NCBI GenBank assembly: GCA_038904395.1 | Contig: JBCKKC010000005.1 | Coordinates: forward strand, 1-52,385 | Length of the DNA: 52,385 bases | Direction of reading: 5' to 3' | DNA from: Acidimicrobiia bacterium | GTDB lineage: Bacteria > Actinomycetota > Acidimicrobiia > UBA2766 | In this document: positions 1 through 10,036 of the stretch, piece after piece | Layout: the number at the start of each line of letters is the position of its first letter | Numbering within the stretch: position 1 is the first letter of the stretch | Program-made: the position numbers and the translations under genes | Notes under the pieces: generated by a model | What the model saw: only the letters and a program-made list of their open reading frames with translations | What the model was told of the DNA's origin: nothing | The model's database searches: none

Positions 1-1
1 T

Positions 2-2266
2 CATCCGGCCGCGGCGCCAGGCGATGATAGTCAAATCCCGACCGATCGCCTCACGATCAAGTTTTCACCTGACCACCCCTATAAGGTCAAGAAAATACTC
101 GAGCGCCACTGTCGTTCTCATGAGCATCTCTTCGACCAGTGGTATAGCTGCCGCACAAAACATAAAACCACAGAAGACGATGCCAACAAAGATCTCCGAA
201 GCGAATACGGGCCCCTGATGGAAAAGATCGAACGTGCCGCGCGCGTGCGTCTTGATGCAATCCCCAACGATCCGATGTACGACACCTCGCAGTGGGCGTT
301 GACGAAAAGCTTTATGAACGCACCACCAGCATGGGATATCACGAAAGGCTCCGATGATGTCGTCATCGCAGTCGTCGATAACGGCGTAGATATCACCCAC
401 CCAGACTTTTATGAACAACAAGACCCCGTAAACCCCGAAAATCCAAAAGCAGACCCAGCTCGACCGAACAATATTTGGACCAACCCGAACTATGACAAGG
501 ACAAGAACAACGGCGTGCCCACGGAAGACAACCCGAAACACGGATGGAACTTTGCAGACAACAACGACAAGCTCGAACTCAAAGATGAGGGAAGAAAGCA
601 CGGCACTCACGTTGCAGGAATTGCCGCAGCAAGGGGAAACAACGGTATCGGGATCACTGGAGTTGCATGGAAAACCAAAATCATGCCTCTGGTTGGGAGC
701 AACTACATCTGGAACACTATTAAGGCCATCAACTTTGCAATCAAGCACAAGGCCAATATCATCAACGCCTCCTTCGGCTCTGACGCTGAAAGCGAGGCTG
801 AGAAGGACGTCATACGAAAGGCGGGCGAGCAGGGAATTCTTGTAGTCGCTGCTGCGGGTAATGGCGACGCCGAGGGCCACGCCGAGAACAATGATGTGAT
901 ACCGCAATACTCTGCCAGCTTTGATTTGGACAACATCATATCGGTAGCCAACCTCGACTACGACCACGACCTACAGCCCTCATCGAACTATGGGCCAAAA
1001 AGTGTCGATCTAGCTGCTCCCGGTAGGGGTATCCTATCGACGGCGCCAGGCGGCTCGTATGACACAATGACTGGAACGTCAATGGCAGCGCCGCAGGTTT
1101 CGGGCGTCGCTGCGCTCATCATGGCCAAATACGGAAAACCCGAAAATCTCGATGGCGTTAAAAGTGTGAAGGAGCGCATACTGAACGGCGTAACCCAACT
1201 TCCCGTCCTCAAGTGCAAAGTACTCTTAGGCGGAATGCTCAACGCGGCAGCCTCACTAGCTGACCTAGCACCCCCGCCAGCACTACACTGCACTCCTCCA
1301 CCGCCTGCAGCCAGCACTCTCACCAAAATTCCCGAGTCCGGATTCGATGCTGAAGGTGTGGTATCCAGCCCATCCGGCGCATTCTTTACTCATGGCTCCC
1401 AAATAAGCAAAGTAGAAGCGTCAGGAGGTGTAATCGAGTTCGCCGGAACGGGCGCAGACGCCTTCGGCGGCGACGACGGCCCCGCAATAGACGCCAAACT
1501 TAATCAGCCACGAGGGATAGCCATCGACGACCTACTCAACGTCTATGTCGCCGACACAGACAACAACCGCATCCGAAAAATCGACAAACAGGGCATTATC
1601 ACCACAATCGCAGGAACCGGAAAAGCAGGCCCCAACGGCGATGACGGGCCAGCAACAAAAGCCCAACTTGATGGCCCGCAAGGGATTGCTATCGACCGAT
1701 TCCAAGGCAACATCTTCATCGCCGACACATACAACAACCGCATCCGCAAAATCGACAACAAAGGGACAATCACCACAATCGCAGGAACCGGAACAGGGGG
1801 CTTCAGCGGCGACGGCCCAGCAACAAAAGCCCAACTCAATTTCCCGAGCGGGATTGCTATCGACCGATTCCGAGGCAACATCTACATCGCCGACTCGCTC
1901 AACGACCGCATCCGAAAAATCGACGAACAAGGGACAATCACTACAATCGCAGGAACCGGAACAGGGGGCTTCAGCGGCGACGACGGCCCAGCAAATGAGG
2001 CACAACTCAATTTCCCGCGAGGCATTGCTGCACACGGTGACAACATCTACTTCGCCGATACGAAAAACGACCGCATCCGAAAAATCGACGAACAAGGGAC
2101 AATCACCACAGTCGCAGGAACCGGAGCATCAGGCTTCAATGGCATCGGTGGCCCTGCGAAAGACGCACAACTCAACCGCCCGGTTGGAGTTGCGATCGAC
2201 CCAACACACAACATTTATATAGCCGACAAAAATGGCTTGCTCAAGATCACACCGCCGGCTGGCTGA
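2..2266 (+). CDS. S8 (subtilisin-family) serine protease with Pro-rich linker and C-terminal NHL-repeat beta-propeller; 5'-partial
   Basis: Catalytic triad motifs VAVVDNG, HGTHVAG and GTSMAAPQV, plus oxyanion motif AAAGN. PPPP linker is followed by repeated PxGIAID...YIADTxNNRIRKID...TIAGTG units. The frame is open from base 2 to the ATG at 218, so the true start probably lies upstream of the window. Confidence 0.93.
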   Translation, partial: HPAAAPGDDSQIPTDRLTIKFSPDHPYKVKKILERHCRSHEHLFDQWYSCRTKHKTTEDDANKDLRSEYGPLMEKIERAARVRLDAIPNDPMYDTSQWALTKSFMNAPPAWDITKGSDDVVIAVVDNGVDITHPDFYEQQDPVNPENPKADPARPNNIWTNPNYDKDKNNGVPTEDNPKHGWNFADNNDKLELKDEGRKHGTHVAGIAAARGNNGIGITGVAWKTKIMPLVGSNYIWNTIKAINFAIKHKANIINASFGSDAESEAEKDVIRKAGEQGILVVAAAGNGDAEGHAENNDVIPQYSASFDLDNIISVANLDYDHDLQPSSNYGPKSVDLAAPGRGILSTAPGGSYDTMTGTSMAAPQVSGVAALIMAKYGKPENLDGVKSVKERILNGVTQLPVLKCKVLLGGMLNAAASLADLAPPPALHCTPPPPAASTLTKIPESGFDAEGVVSSPSGAFFTHGSQISKVEASGGVIEFAGTGADAFGGDDGPAIDAKLNQPRGIAIDDLLNVYVADTDNNRIRKIDKQGIITTIAGTGKAGPNGDDGPATKAQLDGPQGIAIDRFQGNIFIADTYNNRIRKIDNKGTITTIAGTGTGGFSGDGPATKAQLNFPSGIAIDRFRGNIYIADSLNDRIRKIDEQGTITTIAGTGTGGFSGDDGPANEAQLNFPRGIAAHGDNIYFADTKNDRIRKIDEQGTITTVAGTGASGFNGIGGPAKDAQLNRPVGVAIDPTHNIYIADKNGLLKITPPAG
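1545..2200 (+). repeat. Near-identical intragenic tandem repeats (about 165-171 bp) encoding NHL units
   Basis: cgcatccg(a/c)aaaatcgac recurs at about 1568, 1739, 1907 and 2072, with long shared stretches such as acaatcgcaggaaccgga. Confidence 0.85.
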
Positions 2267-2300
2267 CGCAACCACCCACGTCTCCCCGAACCCCACTCGA

Positions 2301-2441
2301 GCGACCAGCGAACGCCAGGTAAGCCCAGAAAGCAGCGGCCAAGAGGACCCCCATTGCGACGTTGATCGCCACTGGCCAGCCGGCTGTTGTCATAAAACCT
2401 TCAACGATGGCAGCGAGGATAAAGAATGGCACGGTACCGAC
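2301..2441 (-). pseudogene. Diverged duplicate of the 3' end (47 codons) of the SpoIIM-family gene at 21453-21593
   Basis: Translates to VGTVPFFILAAIVEGFMTTAGWPVAINVAMGVLLAAAFWAYLAFAGR, 42/47 identical to the intact gene. Homology stops abruptly after ggcacggtaccgac. Confidence 0.9.
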
Positions 2442-2530
2442 GTGGGTCTGCCTCGACTGCCTGGATTCAAATGTCCCAATTGTCACAGTTTATTGGGGTG
2501 AGTTACCAATCGGTCAACTAGCCTGTATAG

Positions 2531-5500
2531 ATGCATATCTTGCGGCCCGGTCGGCCCAGCCTTCGCCGGCATCGAGGACCTGCTCAAGTTCGAAGGACGA
2601 GACTCATCAACGTACACAAGCAACGGCACACTCGCTACCTAATTCCACTGTTGGCCCCAATCCTGATTGCGTGCCTTTTCGTGGGTGGGGTCGCTAGCGC
2701 ATCCCCAGGCCAGTTAGATCAAACATTCAAGTCAACGCCGGGTGTCATTTATCCGCATGTGGCCCATCCTCAGGCAATTGAGCGAACCTCGTCTGGCGTG
2801 AAGGTTGCCGTGCTGGCTGATGGCAGGATGATTATTACCGGCACCACCCAAGACGCCAACAACAATGCCGTCGTGTTTGCTGCTCGCCTCATGCCAAACG
2901 GCAGCCCTGACCCAAGTTTTGGAGAGAACGGGATCAGGCGCATTCAGGCAACCGATCCCCGTGCTCAGATCCCGAAATCGTATGCCGTTGGTCTAGCGCT
3001 ATCACCAACTGGCAGCATCCTCATTCTCGCCCAGGCCCGAAATGAACTGAACGAACCCTGCTTTGGCTTAATCCAAGTGACACATGACGGCCAAATCGAC
3101 ACGAGCTTCGGACAGTCCGGAGTCCATCGTGTGCAACCCTCGCAAGCCGAATCATCTGGTTCGAAAGAGTCGATCCCCACGGCTGTCGCGATCCAACCCG
3201 ATGGCAACAGTTTCAAAATCGTAGCTTTAGGTTCAGCCAGCGTGACGGGACAGTTAACAGAATCCGTAGCAGTGCGATTTCATCAAGATGGCTCCCTTGA
3301 CACAGACTTCGCCCTGGGTGGGGTAGCCAGAATTCGCCACCGCCCAAATATCACTTCGGGCAGATCTTTCACATATGCCGCCGCTGTCGCTCCGGACGGC
3401 TCAATCATCATCGTTGGCCAGTGTGGGACGGAAGCAACCGAACTTCGAGCCACGGTCGCACGCCTGTCACCAATTGGAAAATTGGATCGTGAATTTAGCA
3501 CGCGCTCCGAACAAACCCAAGCCGAGACGATAGTCAGGAACCCGACAGCAGCTCGGGCTGTGACAATTGCGTCCGACGGCAAGATAATTGTCACCATGCA
3601 AGGTCACGGCCGACAAAACGACGAGCGCATATTCTTGGCTCGCCATATGCCTGACGGCACACTTGACCGCACATTTAGCATCGAAGGAATTTATTCAACG
3701 CAGCTGGCCAAACGGTCATCAGTGATCGATGTGAAGTTATGTCCCGACGGACGGATTGTCGTTGGCGCCGCAGCCGGGACGCCCGATGGCGAAGCATTAC
3801 GATTCCTGCGTTTGTCACGCGATGGCGCCCGTGACGAGAGTTTCGGCACGGACGGCGTCGTCAGCTTACAATCGTGTAACCCCGGGCCTCACTGCCAGAG
3901 CTCGACATTGCTCTCAATGGCGGTGGCACCAGACGGGACCATTATCGGTACCGGTCACGCAATCAATGAGCACAATCAATATGGTTGCATAGTCGTCCGC
4001 CTCTTACGTGATGGCAGTCTCGATACCAGTCTGGGTAAAGGCGGCATAGCCAAGGCCCAGACTGCACAGTTGGTTCCTCGTGGCAGGTCCTTTGCTGAGA
4101 CAGCTACCCGCCAGCCAGATGGCAAATTCGTTTTGGCCGGAAATGCAACTGACGCAAACGGTGACCTTGTCTGGGCCGTTACTCGCTTCTCGGCCAACGG
4201 AATGCCTGATGCGAGCTTTGGACACAATGGGGCGATCCGAATCGATGCCAAACATCCCAAGGCGACACCTGACCCGTACGCTCGAGCGACCACCGTTGTC
4301 ATTGACCCTAGCGACGGGAAAATCATTGTAGCTGGCAACACCAAAGGCCCGAGAAACGAAGGGTGCATAGCCGTCGCTAGACTCCTCGCCGATGGCAAGA
4401 TCGATCCCACATTTGGCTCAGCGGGCATCACACGAATTCAAACTGGCCCCCCACAAGAAGCACAAAGCCGCATGGACTGGCCCGAAGCAATGGGACTTCA
4501 ATCTGATGGCAAGATAATCATCGTCGGCACCACCAAGCGCGGCGAACAGTCCAACTTGGTCATCGCTTCGCTCCACCCAGATGGAACGCAAAATCAGGCC
4601 TTCGGGCAAGCTGGCGTCACAACAGTGGACGCGTCTCATGCCAAAGCCCAAGAAAAGACTTCGAACGCCCGAGCAATCACCGTCCTGGGCGACAACAGCT
4701 TCATCGTCGGCGGCAATTCAAGCGACCACTTCAACCATCCGTGTGCCACTGTCGCACATTTCACTGCCGGAGGCAGCCTACAGCCACGTTTCGGAACCAA
4801 TGGCATCGCCCGCATGCAACCACAAATTGTTACCAACCCCCAAGTGATTGTTAGTTCCATGACAAACTCTGTCGCTATTCAAATGCACAACAGCGAAATG
4901 AAGATTGTCACCGCAGGTATATCTACGTCACCAGAAGGCTATCAAGTACCTACCATCACTCGGTTTACTTCTAGCGGCAAGATCGATACCACATTCGGCA
5001 ATCAAGGCACGACCACATACCACTCAACCGCCTACCCCCGGGGCTTTGCGTACGCCATTGACGCCACAAGCAACAGAATCATCGCATCGGGCGCCGTGAT
5101 TAGCGCCGCAGGTGCGTTGACGGATGCAGTTTGGGCCCTCACCGCGGACGGGCAGGCCGATACGACCTTCGGCGACAACGGCACGGCCATCGTCGAGTTG
5201 CGCCCCGGAGATCCAGGACCTCGAAGGCCGATGGTCGATAAAGTGTTTGTACTCAACGACAAGATCGTTGTCGCGCTCAACCGCCCGGACCGAAGAAACA
5301 TGCCATGTATGGCAGTAGCTGCCCTTAACACCGTCGGTCAAACACTTCGTTCCTTCGGCGCCGACAGCGGTATGACCGGGATCGACGCCTCATTCACCAA
5401 GACACAACCGGAGCGTTCGGGAGCGTCAGCCACAATCGTGGATCGTGAAGGCAAGGTGATTGCTGCCGGCACTGCCACCGACGCATACGGTAATCCTTGC

Positions 5501-6919
5501 ATGGCAATTACTCGCTTCCACCCGACAGGAGAAATCGACCTGAGCTTCGCAAACAAGGGAACGCTCCGAATACAAGCTTCCCCGCCCGGAACTTCGAAGC
5601 CCAGCTCGGCGGTTCGTGCGGTCGCTCTGCAAGAAGACGGCAAAATCGTCGTCACCGGAACCGCCAAGAGTGGCGACGGAACCGACACTATCGCCGTCGC
5701 CCGTCTCTCACCAGAAGGCGCTATCGATACCAGCTTCAGCCGCACCGGCGTGGTCCTGCCTCAAGCTCCGGGGAAACACCCAAACCTGAAATGGTCGATG
5801 GGGAACGCTATCGCTGCCCAGACAGACCGGTCCCGCCGCACAGAGCCCAAGATCATTGTCGCCGGAGTGGCGACCGACCCCCACGGCAAACGCTGCTTTG
5901 TTGTCATGCGTCTATTATCGAACGGCCAACTCGATTCAGAGTTCGCCCCAAGGACTACTGCCCACAAGCGTCGGCTGCCAGCAGACGAACAACCCTCGCC
6001 AGCCAGCTACGTAAACAACATCGCATACATACAAGCATCGACTGCCAGCTTCTCGAAATTCTCCGAAGCAACCTCGCTCATAGTCCAACCGGACCAAAAG
6101 ATTGTTGTCGCCGGCCGCGCTCGAGATGCCGCCTCCGCTCCGGCCATGGCCCTCATCCGCCTCCAACCCAACGGCACCCTCGATCCATCATTCGGCACAA
6201 ACGGAATCGTCCTCCACCAAGCCTCCCGGACACAGACAGCGCCACGCCGCCCATTCCGCCTGCCTTCGGGCAACACACTACCCGTCCCCCCCGATCCAGA
6301 CCCGGCCCCAACAGGACACCTCGACCAAGGCCCGACCGGCGCTAAATGCGCAACAGCACACGCTCTCGTCGACGAACACCAAGGCCGATACTTCGACGGC
6401 CGAAATCCACTCGACCACAACAGCCCTCAAGACTCAGAGATCAACAGCATCACGATCATGCCCGGCGGCCGGATCATTGCTGCCGGATCGGCCAAAAGCC
6501 CGGCCGGCGAAATCGAAATGGCCATCGCCCAATTCATGCCCGACGGATCGCTAGACACCACTTTCGGCAATGGCGGCACTATTCATGTGCAAGCATCATC
6601 AGACCCCTCCCTCAAGATCTCACGAGCCCTCGGAGTCACCACCCACCAGGGCAAGATCGTCGCAACCGGAATAGCCAGAGACAACGGACGAATATGCAGT
6701 GCCACTCTCAGGCTCCACCCCTCCGGCCAGCTCGACGAGTCCTTCGGCGCCAAAGGACTCGCCCTCATACAGGCGGCCCCCGGGACAACCTCACAAGACC
6801 AAACCTTCACCCCCGCCCTCGTTCGCCCCGATAACAGAACCAACAAGATCGTCCTCGCCGGCACAACCACCAATGCCGACGGCACCTCCGAACTGACCCT
6901 CATCCGCCTCGAAACGTAA
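2531..6919 (+). CDS. Large secreted delta-60 repeat (beta-propeller-like) protein
   Basis: Hydrophobic signal-like segment ending VASA, then more than 15 repeats of xPDGKIVVAG...R(L/F)xxDGxLDxxFG. Start codon uncertain. Confidence 0.85.
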   Translation: MHILRPGRPSLRRHRGPAQVRRTRLINVHKQRHTRYLIPLLAPILIACLFVGGVASASPGQLDQTFKSTPGVIYPHVAHPQAIERTSSGVKVAVLADGRMIITGTTQDANNNAVVFAARLMPNGSPDPSFGENGIRRIQATDPRAQIPKSYAVGLALSPTGSILILAQARNELNEPCFGLIQVTHDGQIDTSFGQSGVHRVQPSQAESSGSKESIPTAVAIQPDGNSFKIVALGSASVTGQLTESVAVRFHQDGSLDTDFALGGVARIRHRPNITSGRSFTYAAAVAPDGSIIIVGQCGTEATELRATVARLSPIGKLDREFSTRSEQTQAETIVRNPTAARAVTIASDGKIIVTMQGHGRQNDERIFLARHMPDGTLDRTFSIEGIYSTQLAKRSSVIDVKLCPDGRIVVGAAAGTPDGEALRFLRLSRDGARDESFGTDGVVSLQSCNPGPHCQSSTLLSMAVAPDGTIIGTGHAINEHNQYGCIVVRLLRDGSLDTSLGKGGIAKAQTAQLVPRGRSFAETATRQPDGKFVLAGNATDANGDLVWAVTRFSANGMPDASFGHNGAIRIDAKHPKATPDPYARATTVVIDPSDGKIIVAGNTKGPRNEGCIAVARLLADGKIDPTFGSAGITRIQTGPPQEAQSRMDWPEAMGLQSDGKIIIVGTTKRGEQSNLVIASLHPDGTQNQAFGQAGVTTVDASHAKAQEKTSNARAITVLGDNSFIVGGNSSDHFNHPCATVAHFTAGGSLQPRFGTNGIARMQPQIVTNPQVIVSSMTNSVAIQMHNSEMKIVTAGISTSPEGYQVPTITRFTSSGKIDTTFGNQGTTTYHSTAYPRGFAYAIDATSNRIIASGAVISAAGALTDAVWALTADGQADTTFGDNGTAIVELRPGDPGPRRPMVDKVFVLNDKIVVALNRPDRRNMPCMAVAALNTVGQTLRSFGADSGMTGIDASFTKTQPERSGASATIVDREGKVIAAGTATDAYGNPCMAITRFHPTGEIDLSFANKGTLRIQASPPGTSKPSSAVRAVALQEDGKIVVTGTAKSGDGTDTIAVARLSPEGAIDTSFSRTGVVLPQAPGKHPNLKWSMGNAIAAQTDRSRRTEPKIIVAGVATDPHGKRCFVVMRLLSNGQLDSEFAPRTTAHKRRLPADEQPSPASYVNNIAYIQASTASFSKFSEATSLIVQPDQKIVVAGRARDAASAPAMALIRLQPNGTLDPSFGTNGIVLHQASRTQTAPRRPFRLPSGNTLPVPPDPDPAPTGHLDQGPTGAKCATAHALVDEHQGRYFDGRNPLDHNSPQDSEINSITIMPGGRIIAAGSAKSPAGEIEMAIAQFMPDGSLDTTFGNGGTIHVQASSDPSLKISRALGVTTHQGKIVATGIARDNGRICSATLRLHPSGQLDESFGAKGLALIQAAPGTTSQDQTFTPALVRPDNRTNKIVLAGTTTNADGTSELTLIRLET

Positions 6920-6998
6920 CCGGCAGCCACCGTCCCGGTGAAGTTTCAAAGGAAGACCAGCGCCACGCTAAAGCCAAAACAATTCAGAGCGCCCATTC

Positions 6999-7072
6999 CG
7001 TCATTGCGAGCGAAGCGAAGCAACCTAGTCCGTGACTTTCACCCCGAAGACGCAGGTCACGGACCAGGTTGC
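6999..7072. repeat. CGTC-type REP-like palindrome/hairpin between convergent genes (possible bidirectional terminator)
   Basis: cgtcattgcgagcgaagcgaagcaacc is nearly the reverse complement of 43199-43226. Stem gcaacctagtccgtgac pairs with gtcacggaccaggttgc. Confidence 0.75.
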
Positions 7073-7076
7073 TTTG

Positions 7077-7622
7077 TTACACAGCCTTTGCGAGGTTTAG
7101 GAGTTCTTCTCGGTCAGAGGCTGGAAGGCTGCTCAGCTGACTACGTAACGCCAAGGCTGCGTTCAGCGACTTAACGACGTCGGGTTCAACATGGTGTGCG
7201 TGCTTGATCTCATACGCATGGGATTCCAGCCAAGAAGAAACCTCAGACCAATGCCAGAGGCCAGATCTTCCTATCTGGGCTGCCGGAGTTGGGAATCCCC
7301 CAGGGCCCCGCCCGCCTTGGCTTAGAAGCCGAACCGACTCGTGGGTCCGCCCCAGTCGTGAAGCGATCTCATCAAGACTCACCATATCTTCCGGCTCAAT
7401 CTCGAGAACTTGAAGCCCAGGAAGGGCTTCTTGAAGTTCAGCTATAACCGACAGAACCGCCTTTTTGAAACTTGGCGAGCGTCTCGTGACCTCAGCAATG
7501 GTAACTCCATCGACAAGGCCAGGGCTGACATCCGAATCGGTTGCTTCATATATCGCCTCATAAATGTCATCATCATCAACATTGATGCCGTCAAGCACTA
7601 AAGAAAAGGTCCATTCGGGCAT
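7077..7622 (-). CDS. Putative antitoxin / DNA-binding protein (HicB-like N-terminus, AlpA/excisionase-like HTH C-terminus)
   Basis: Acidic N-terminal domain, then VSLDEIASRLGRTHESVRLL...FPTP...LWHWSEV; lies directly downstream of a small basic ORF. Confidence 0.65.
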   Translation of the reverse strand: MPEWTFSLVLDGINVDDDDIYEAIYEATDSDVSPGLVDGVTIAEVTRRSPSFKKAVLSVIAELQEALPGLQVLEIEPEDMVSLDEIASRLGRTHESVRLLSQGGRGPGGFPTPAAQIGRSGLWHWSEVSSWLESHAYEIKHAHHVEPDVVKSLNAALALRSQLSSLPASDREELLNLAKAV

Positions 7623-7633
7623 GGCATCTCGAT

Positions 7634-7852
7634 TCAAATCCGATGCGGACATTTCAAAATCTTCCTTCTGATCATGTTCGCCTCATTACTTGGATTCCTT
7701 GGCGTGCTTGAAATTGGAGCCATGCAGCCATGGCCACATTCGATCTTTCCCCATCGATGCCCTCTATGGATCTCGAGCACCATCCATCCCGACTCTTGTG
7801 CATCCTGTAGCGCCTTTTCGACATCCTTCTTTGGGTGCCGACGTCTACTCAT
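7634..7852 (-). CDS. Putative HicA-like toxin (72 aa)
   Basis: Small basic protein HPKKDVEKAL...GW...HRWGKIEC...STPRN; toxin-first order with the adjacent gene. Confidence 0.6.
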   Translation of the reverse strand: MSRRRHPKKDVEKALQDAQESGWMVLEIHRGHRWGKIECGHGCMAPISSTPRNPSNEANMIRRKILKCPHRI

Positions 7853-7971
7853 TACCTAAAGATAGCACCCCCGTTGGATATAGCCAACGACCCCCGTGAT
7901 GCTAAGTCCTGACCGAGCGGTTTATGGAAGATCCTGGGGAATGAATTTGAAAGGCGAGTTGCAATCAGGAC

Positions 7972-8283
7972 TTATTTTCGAGCTGGTCCGCCATGCTCGA
8001 TGGCCTCCAGGAGCGCGCCGATGTGGTGATGTGACTCGAGTGGGTGCCGCAGCGGTTGGTCAGGATCGAGTATGTAGTGGTTCCTCCGGCCGACTTTAGA
8101 GCGTCGGATGTAACCCGCCTCTTCTAGGTCCGAGACGATGCCACCCGCTGTGCGTTCAGTCACCCCGACGAGATTAGCTATGTCACGCAATCGCAAGTTT
8201 GGGTTCTTGGCGATCACGAGCAGAACGTGGCCGTGGTTGGTCAGGAACGTCCAATGGCTCTCGGTCGCGTTGTCATGAGTCAC
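7972..8283 (-). CDS. Winged-helix transcriptional regulator (MarR/AsnC-like, WTFLTNH type)
   Basis: [15 protein letters not shown]...RLRDIA..VGVTERT...DLEEAGYI...GRRNHY. GTG start at 8283 assumed; the ORF track extends to 8319. Confidence 0.85.
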   Translation of the reverse strand: MTHDNATESHWTFLTNHGHVLLVIAKNPNLRLRDIANLVGVTERTAGGIVSDLEEAGYIRRSKVGRRNHYILDPDQPLRHPLESHHHIGALLEAIEHGGPARK

Positions 8284-8405
8284 TTGTTTCTGGCCAGAAA
8301 TCGTCTGCCTGATGCGCAAGACGGTGCTTCCTTCCTATCCCACAATTGATCTTCTTTTGACATCCTCCACATGGCTGAAGCCATGGGATTCCTCAGCGGT
8401 TGCTT

Positions 8406-9450
8406 TTAGGCTGCCACGCTTGTGCGTGGCCCGAGTTGGGGTTCCCAGTTCCTAGACGTACTAGCGCAGAGGTCTCCTTGGGCTGCCACCGCATGTCCTT
8501 CGGCGGAAGCGAGTTTGATCCCTCGCTCACGGATATTCAATGCTGCGTTATAGTCCGCGTTGATCGGCCCGAGACCACATGCTTTGCAACAGAACACCGC
8601 TTGGCTCTCACGGTTATCCGCTGATCTGTGGCCACACGCCGAACAGTCCTGACTTGTATATTGTGCCGGTACTTTCTCCAATCTGGCGCCATACCAGTCG
8701 GTCTTATAGCCCAACTGGCGGTGAAACTCTCCCCAACCTTGCTTCCTGATTTCTCGGTTCAAGCCCCGCTTAGCCGATACGTTCACTCCCGGAGCTTCGA
8801 TAGTACCCGCCGCCGATTTCGACATGGCTTGCACATCCAAACTCTCTATAGCCACCAAACCATATGTTATGGCTAGCAGTGTCGTTGACTTATGGATAGC
8901 GTCTAGGCGGCGATCAGCTTCACGGCCCCGCAACTTCGCTACCTGTATCTACACAGAAACTTGCCCACCAACGGCCCCGACGATCTTTAGAAATCGTAAT
9001 ATTGCGGATCTGACCGTTGAAGGGGCGACTCCACCGGAACCGGCACCAACCCAACTTAGGCAGCTTTGCTTCCCACCACTTACGCGACAGTTTACGGACC
9101 TCGAACTGTTCAGGATCGGGATAACGGAACGACTCATCGGCACCCTCTTTCCGCCACCCCGGATAGCCAGCCTCATGATGGAAAAATTTTTCGTAGGCGT
9201 TTTCGCAGTCCTTTATTGCCTGTTGGCTGGTATGGACAGGCGCTGCACGTATCCAAGACTCCGACGCCCGCAGCTCGGTAAGATCTTTACATTGCGCCCC
9301 AAAACCAGGAGACTTGCCCGTCATCCGGTACGCGGTCTCACGTTGCTCACGAGCCAAATTGTAGACACACCGAGTGACCGCAGCGAACTTCTCGGCTTTC
9401 TCAGCCTGTTCCTCTGAGAATTCGAGACGAAAACGGCGGCCCTCAAACAT
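8406..9450 (-). pseudogene. tnpB: tnpB RNA-guided nuclease, split into two frames by an internal deletion
   Basis: N-terminal HTH/WED half at 9450-8920. C-terminal half at 8933-8406 has AIESL, zinc finger CSAC..CKAC and NADYNAALNI. The RuvC-I GxDxG segment is absent at the junction. Confidence 0.88.
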
Positions 9451-9852
9451 TTATGCCGCCAGCTTCTGATTCTCAACATAGGCCTTCACCACCGATAGAG
9501 GGGCCCCGCCCACCGTGGAAACGAACCAAGGGCGAGTCCACAAAGTGCGCATCCGGCGAAGATGACCGAACTCCTGACGCAACAGACGACTCGAGCATCC
9601 TTTCACCATCTGCATGAACCTCGACAGCGGAACCGAAGGCGGAACCTCGGCCAAGAGATGCACATGATCGGGCATCACTTCGACCTCGATGATGCCCACG
9701 CCAAGCTCACCGCAAACATCGCCAATGATCTCTTTCAAACGCACATCCACCCCACCAGCCAACACCCGCCGCCTGTACTTGGGACACCAGACGAAATGGT
9801 ATTTCGCGGAAAAGACTACGTTGCGGGTCGACTGGTACCTCATGGCAAGCAT
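9451..9852 (-). CDS. tnpA: IS200/IS605 Y1 HUH transposase
   Basis: YHFVWCPKYRR, HUH motif DHVHLL, catalytic Tyr in AYVENQ; likely ATG at 9843. Confidence 0.95.
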   Translation of the reverse strand: MLAMRYQSTRNVVFSAKYHFVWCPKYRRRVLAGGVDVRLKEIIGDVCGELGVGIIEVEVMPDHVHLLAEVPPSVPLSRFMQMVKGCSSRLLRQEFGHLRRMRTLWTRPWFVSTVGGAPLSVVKAYVENQKLAA

Positions 9853-10036
9853 TATCGCTCAGGGGTGTGACAAAAACGAGCCTTCAAGAACAGAAAAAGA
9901 GAAACAAAAGGATAACCGCCTAGAGCGGTTGGCTGCTCATGCTCACCCAAAGCTGAAGCATTGGGCTTGCGCAGACATTTTTGGTCAAATCCTACTGCTG
10001 CGTAATCCGTAGTGCTGTTGAACCTAGATGGTGATG

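Larger units (their letters stand above)
8357..9983 (-). mobile_element. IS200/IS605-family insertion sequence (tnpA + damaged tnpB)
   Basis: On the minus strand the left end is preceded by TTGAC (9988-9984) and has the hairpin cccaatgcttcagctttggg. The right end has the hairpin catggcttcagccatg and finishes in TCAA at 8357. No TIRs. Confidence 0.88.

Noticed and set aside
24-218. 64-aa ORF upstream of the protease
   Set aside because: It overlaps the open protease frame that continues to the window edge; likely a shadow ORF
1545-2200. Regularly spaced repeats as a possible CRISPR array
   Set aside because: In-frame coding repeats without unique spacers; no cas genes
65-2222. Long antisense and alternate-frame ORFs over the protease (e.g. 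65-967, 1532-2095, 1545-2222)
   Set aside because: Explained by codon bias and repeats of the real gene; no motifs. The same applies to the many short ORFs overlapping the NRPS and delta-60 genes.
8406-9450. Split tnpB as a programmed frameshift or a nuclease-dead regulator (TldR-like)
   Set aside because: A whole segment including RuvC-I is missing, the other catalytic motifs are unchanged, and it remains inside an IS with tnpA. Simple deletion fits best.
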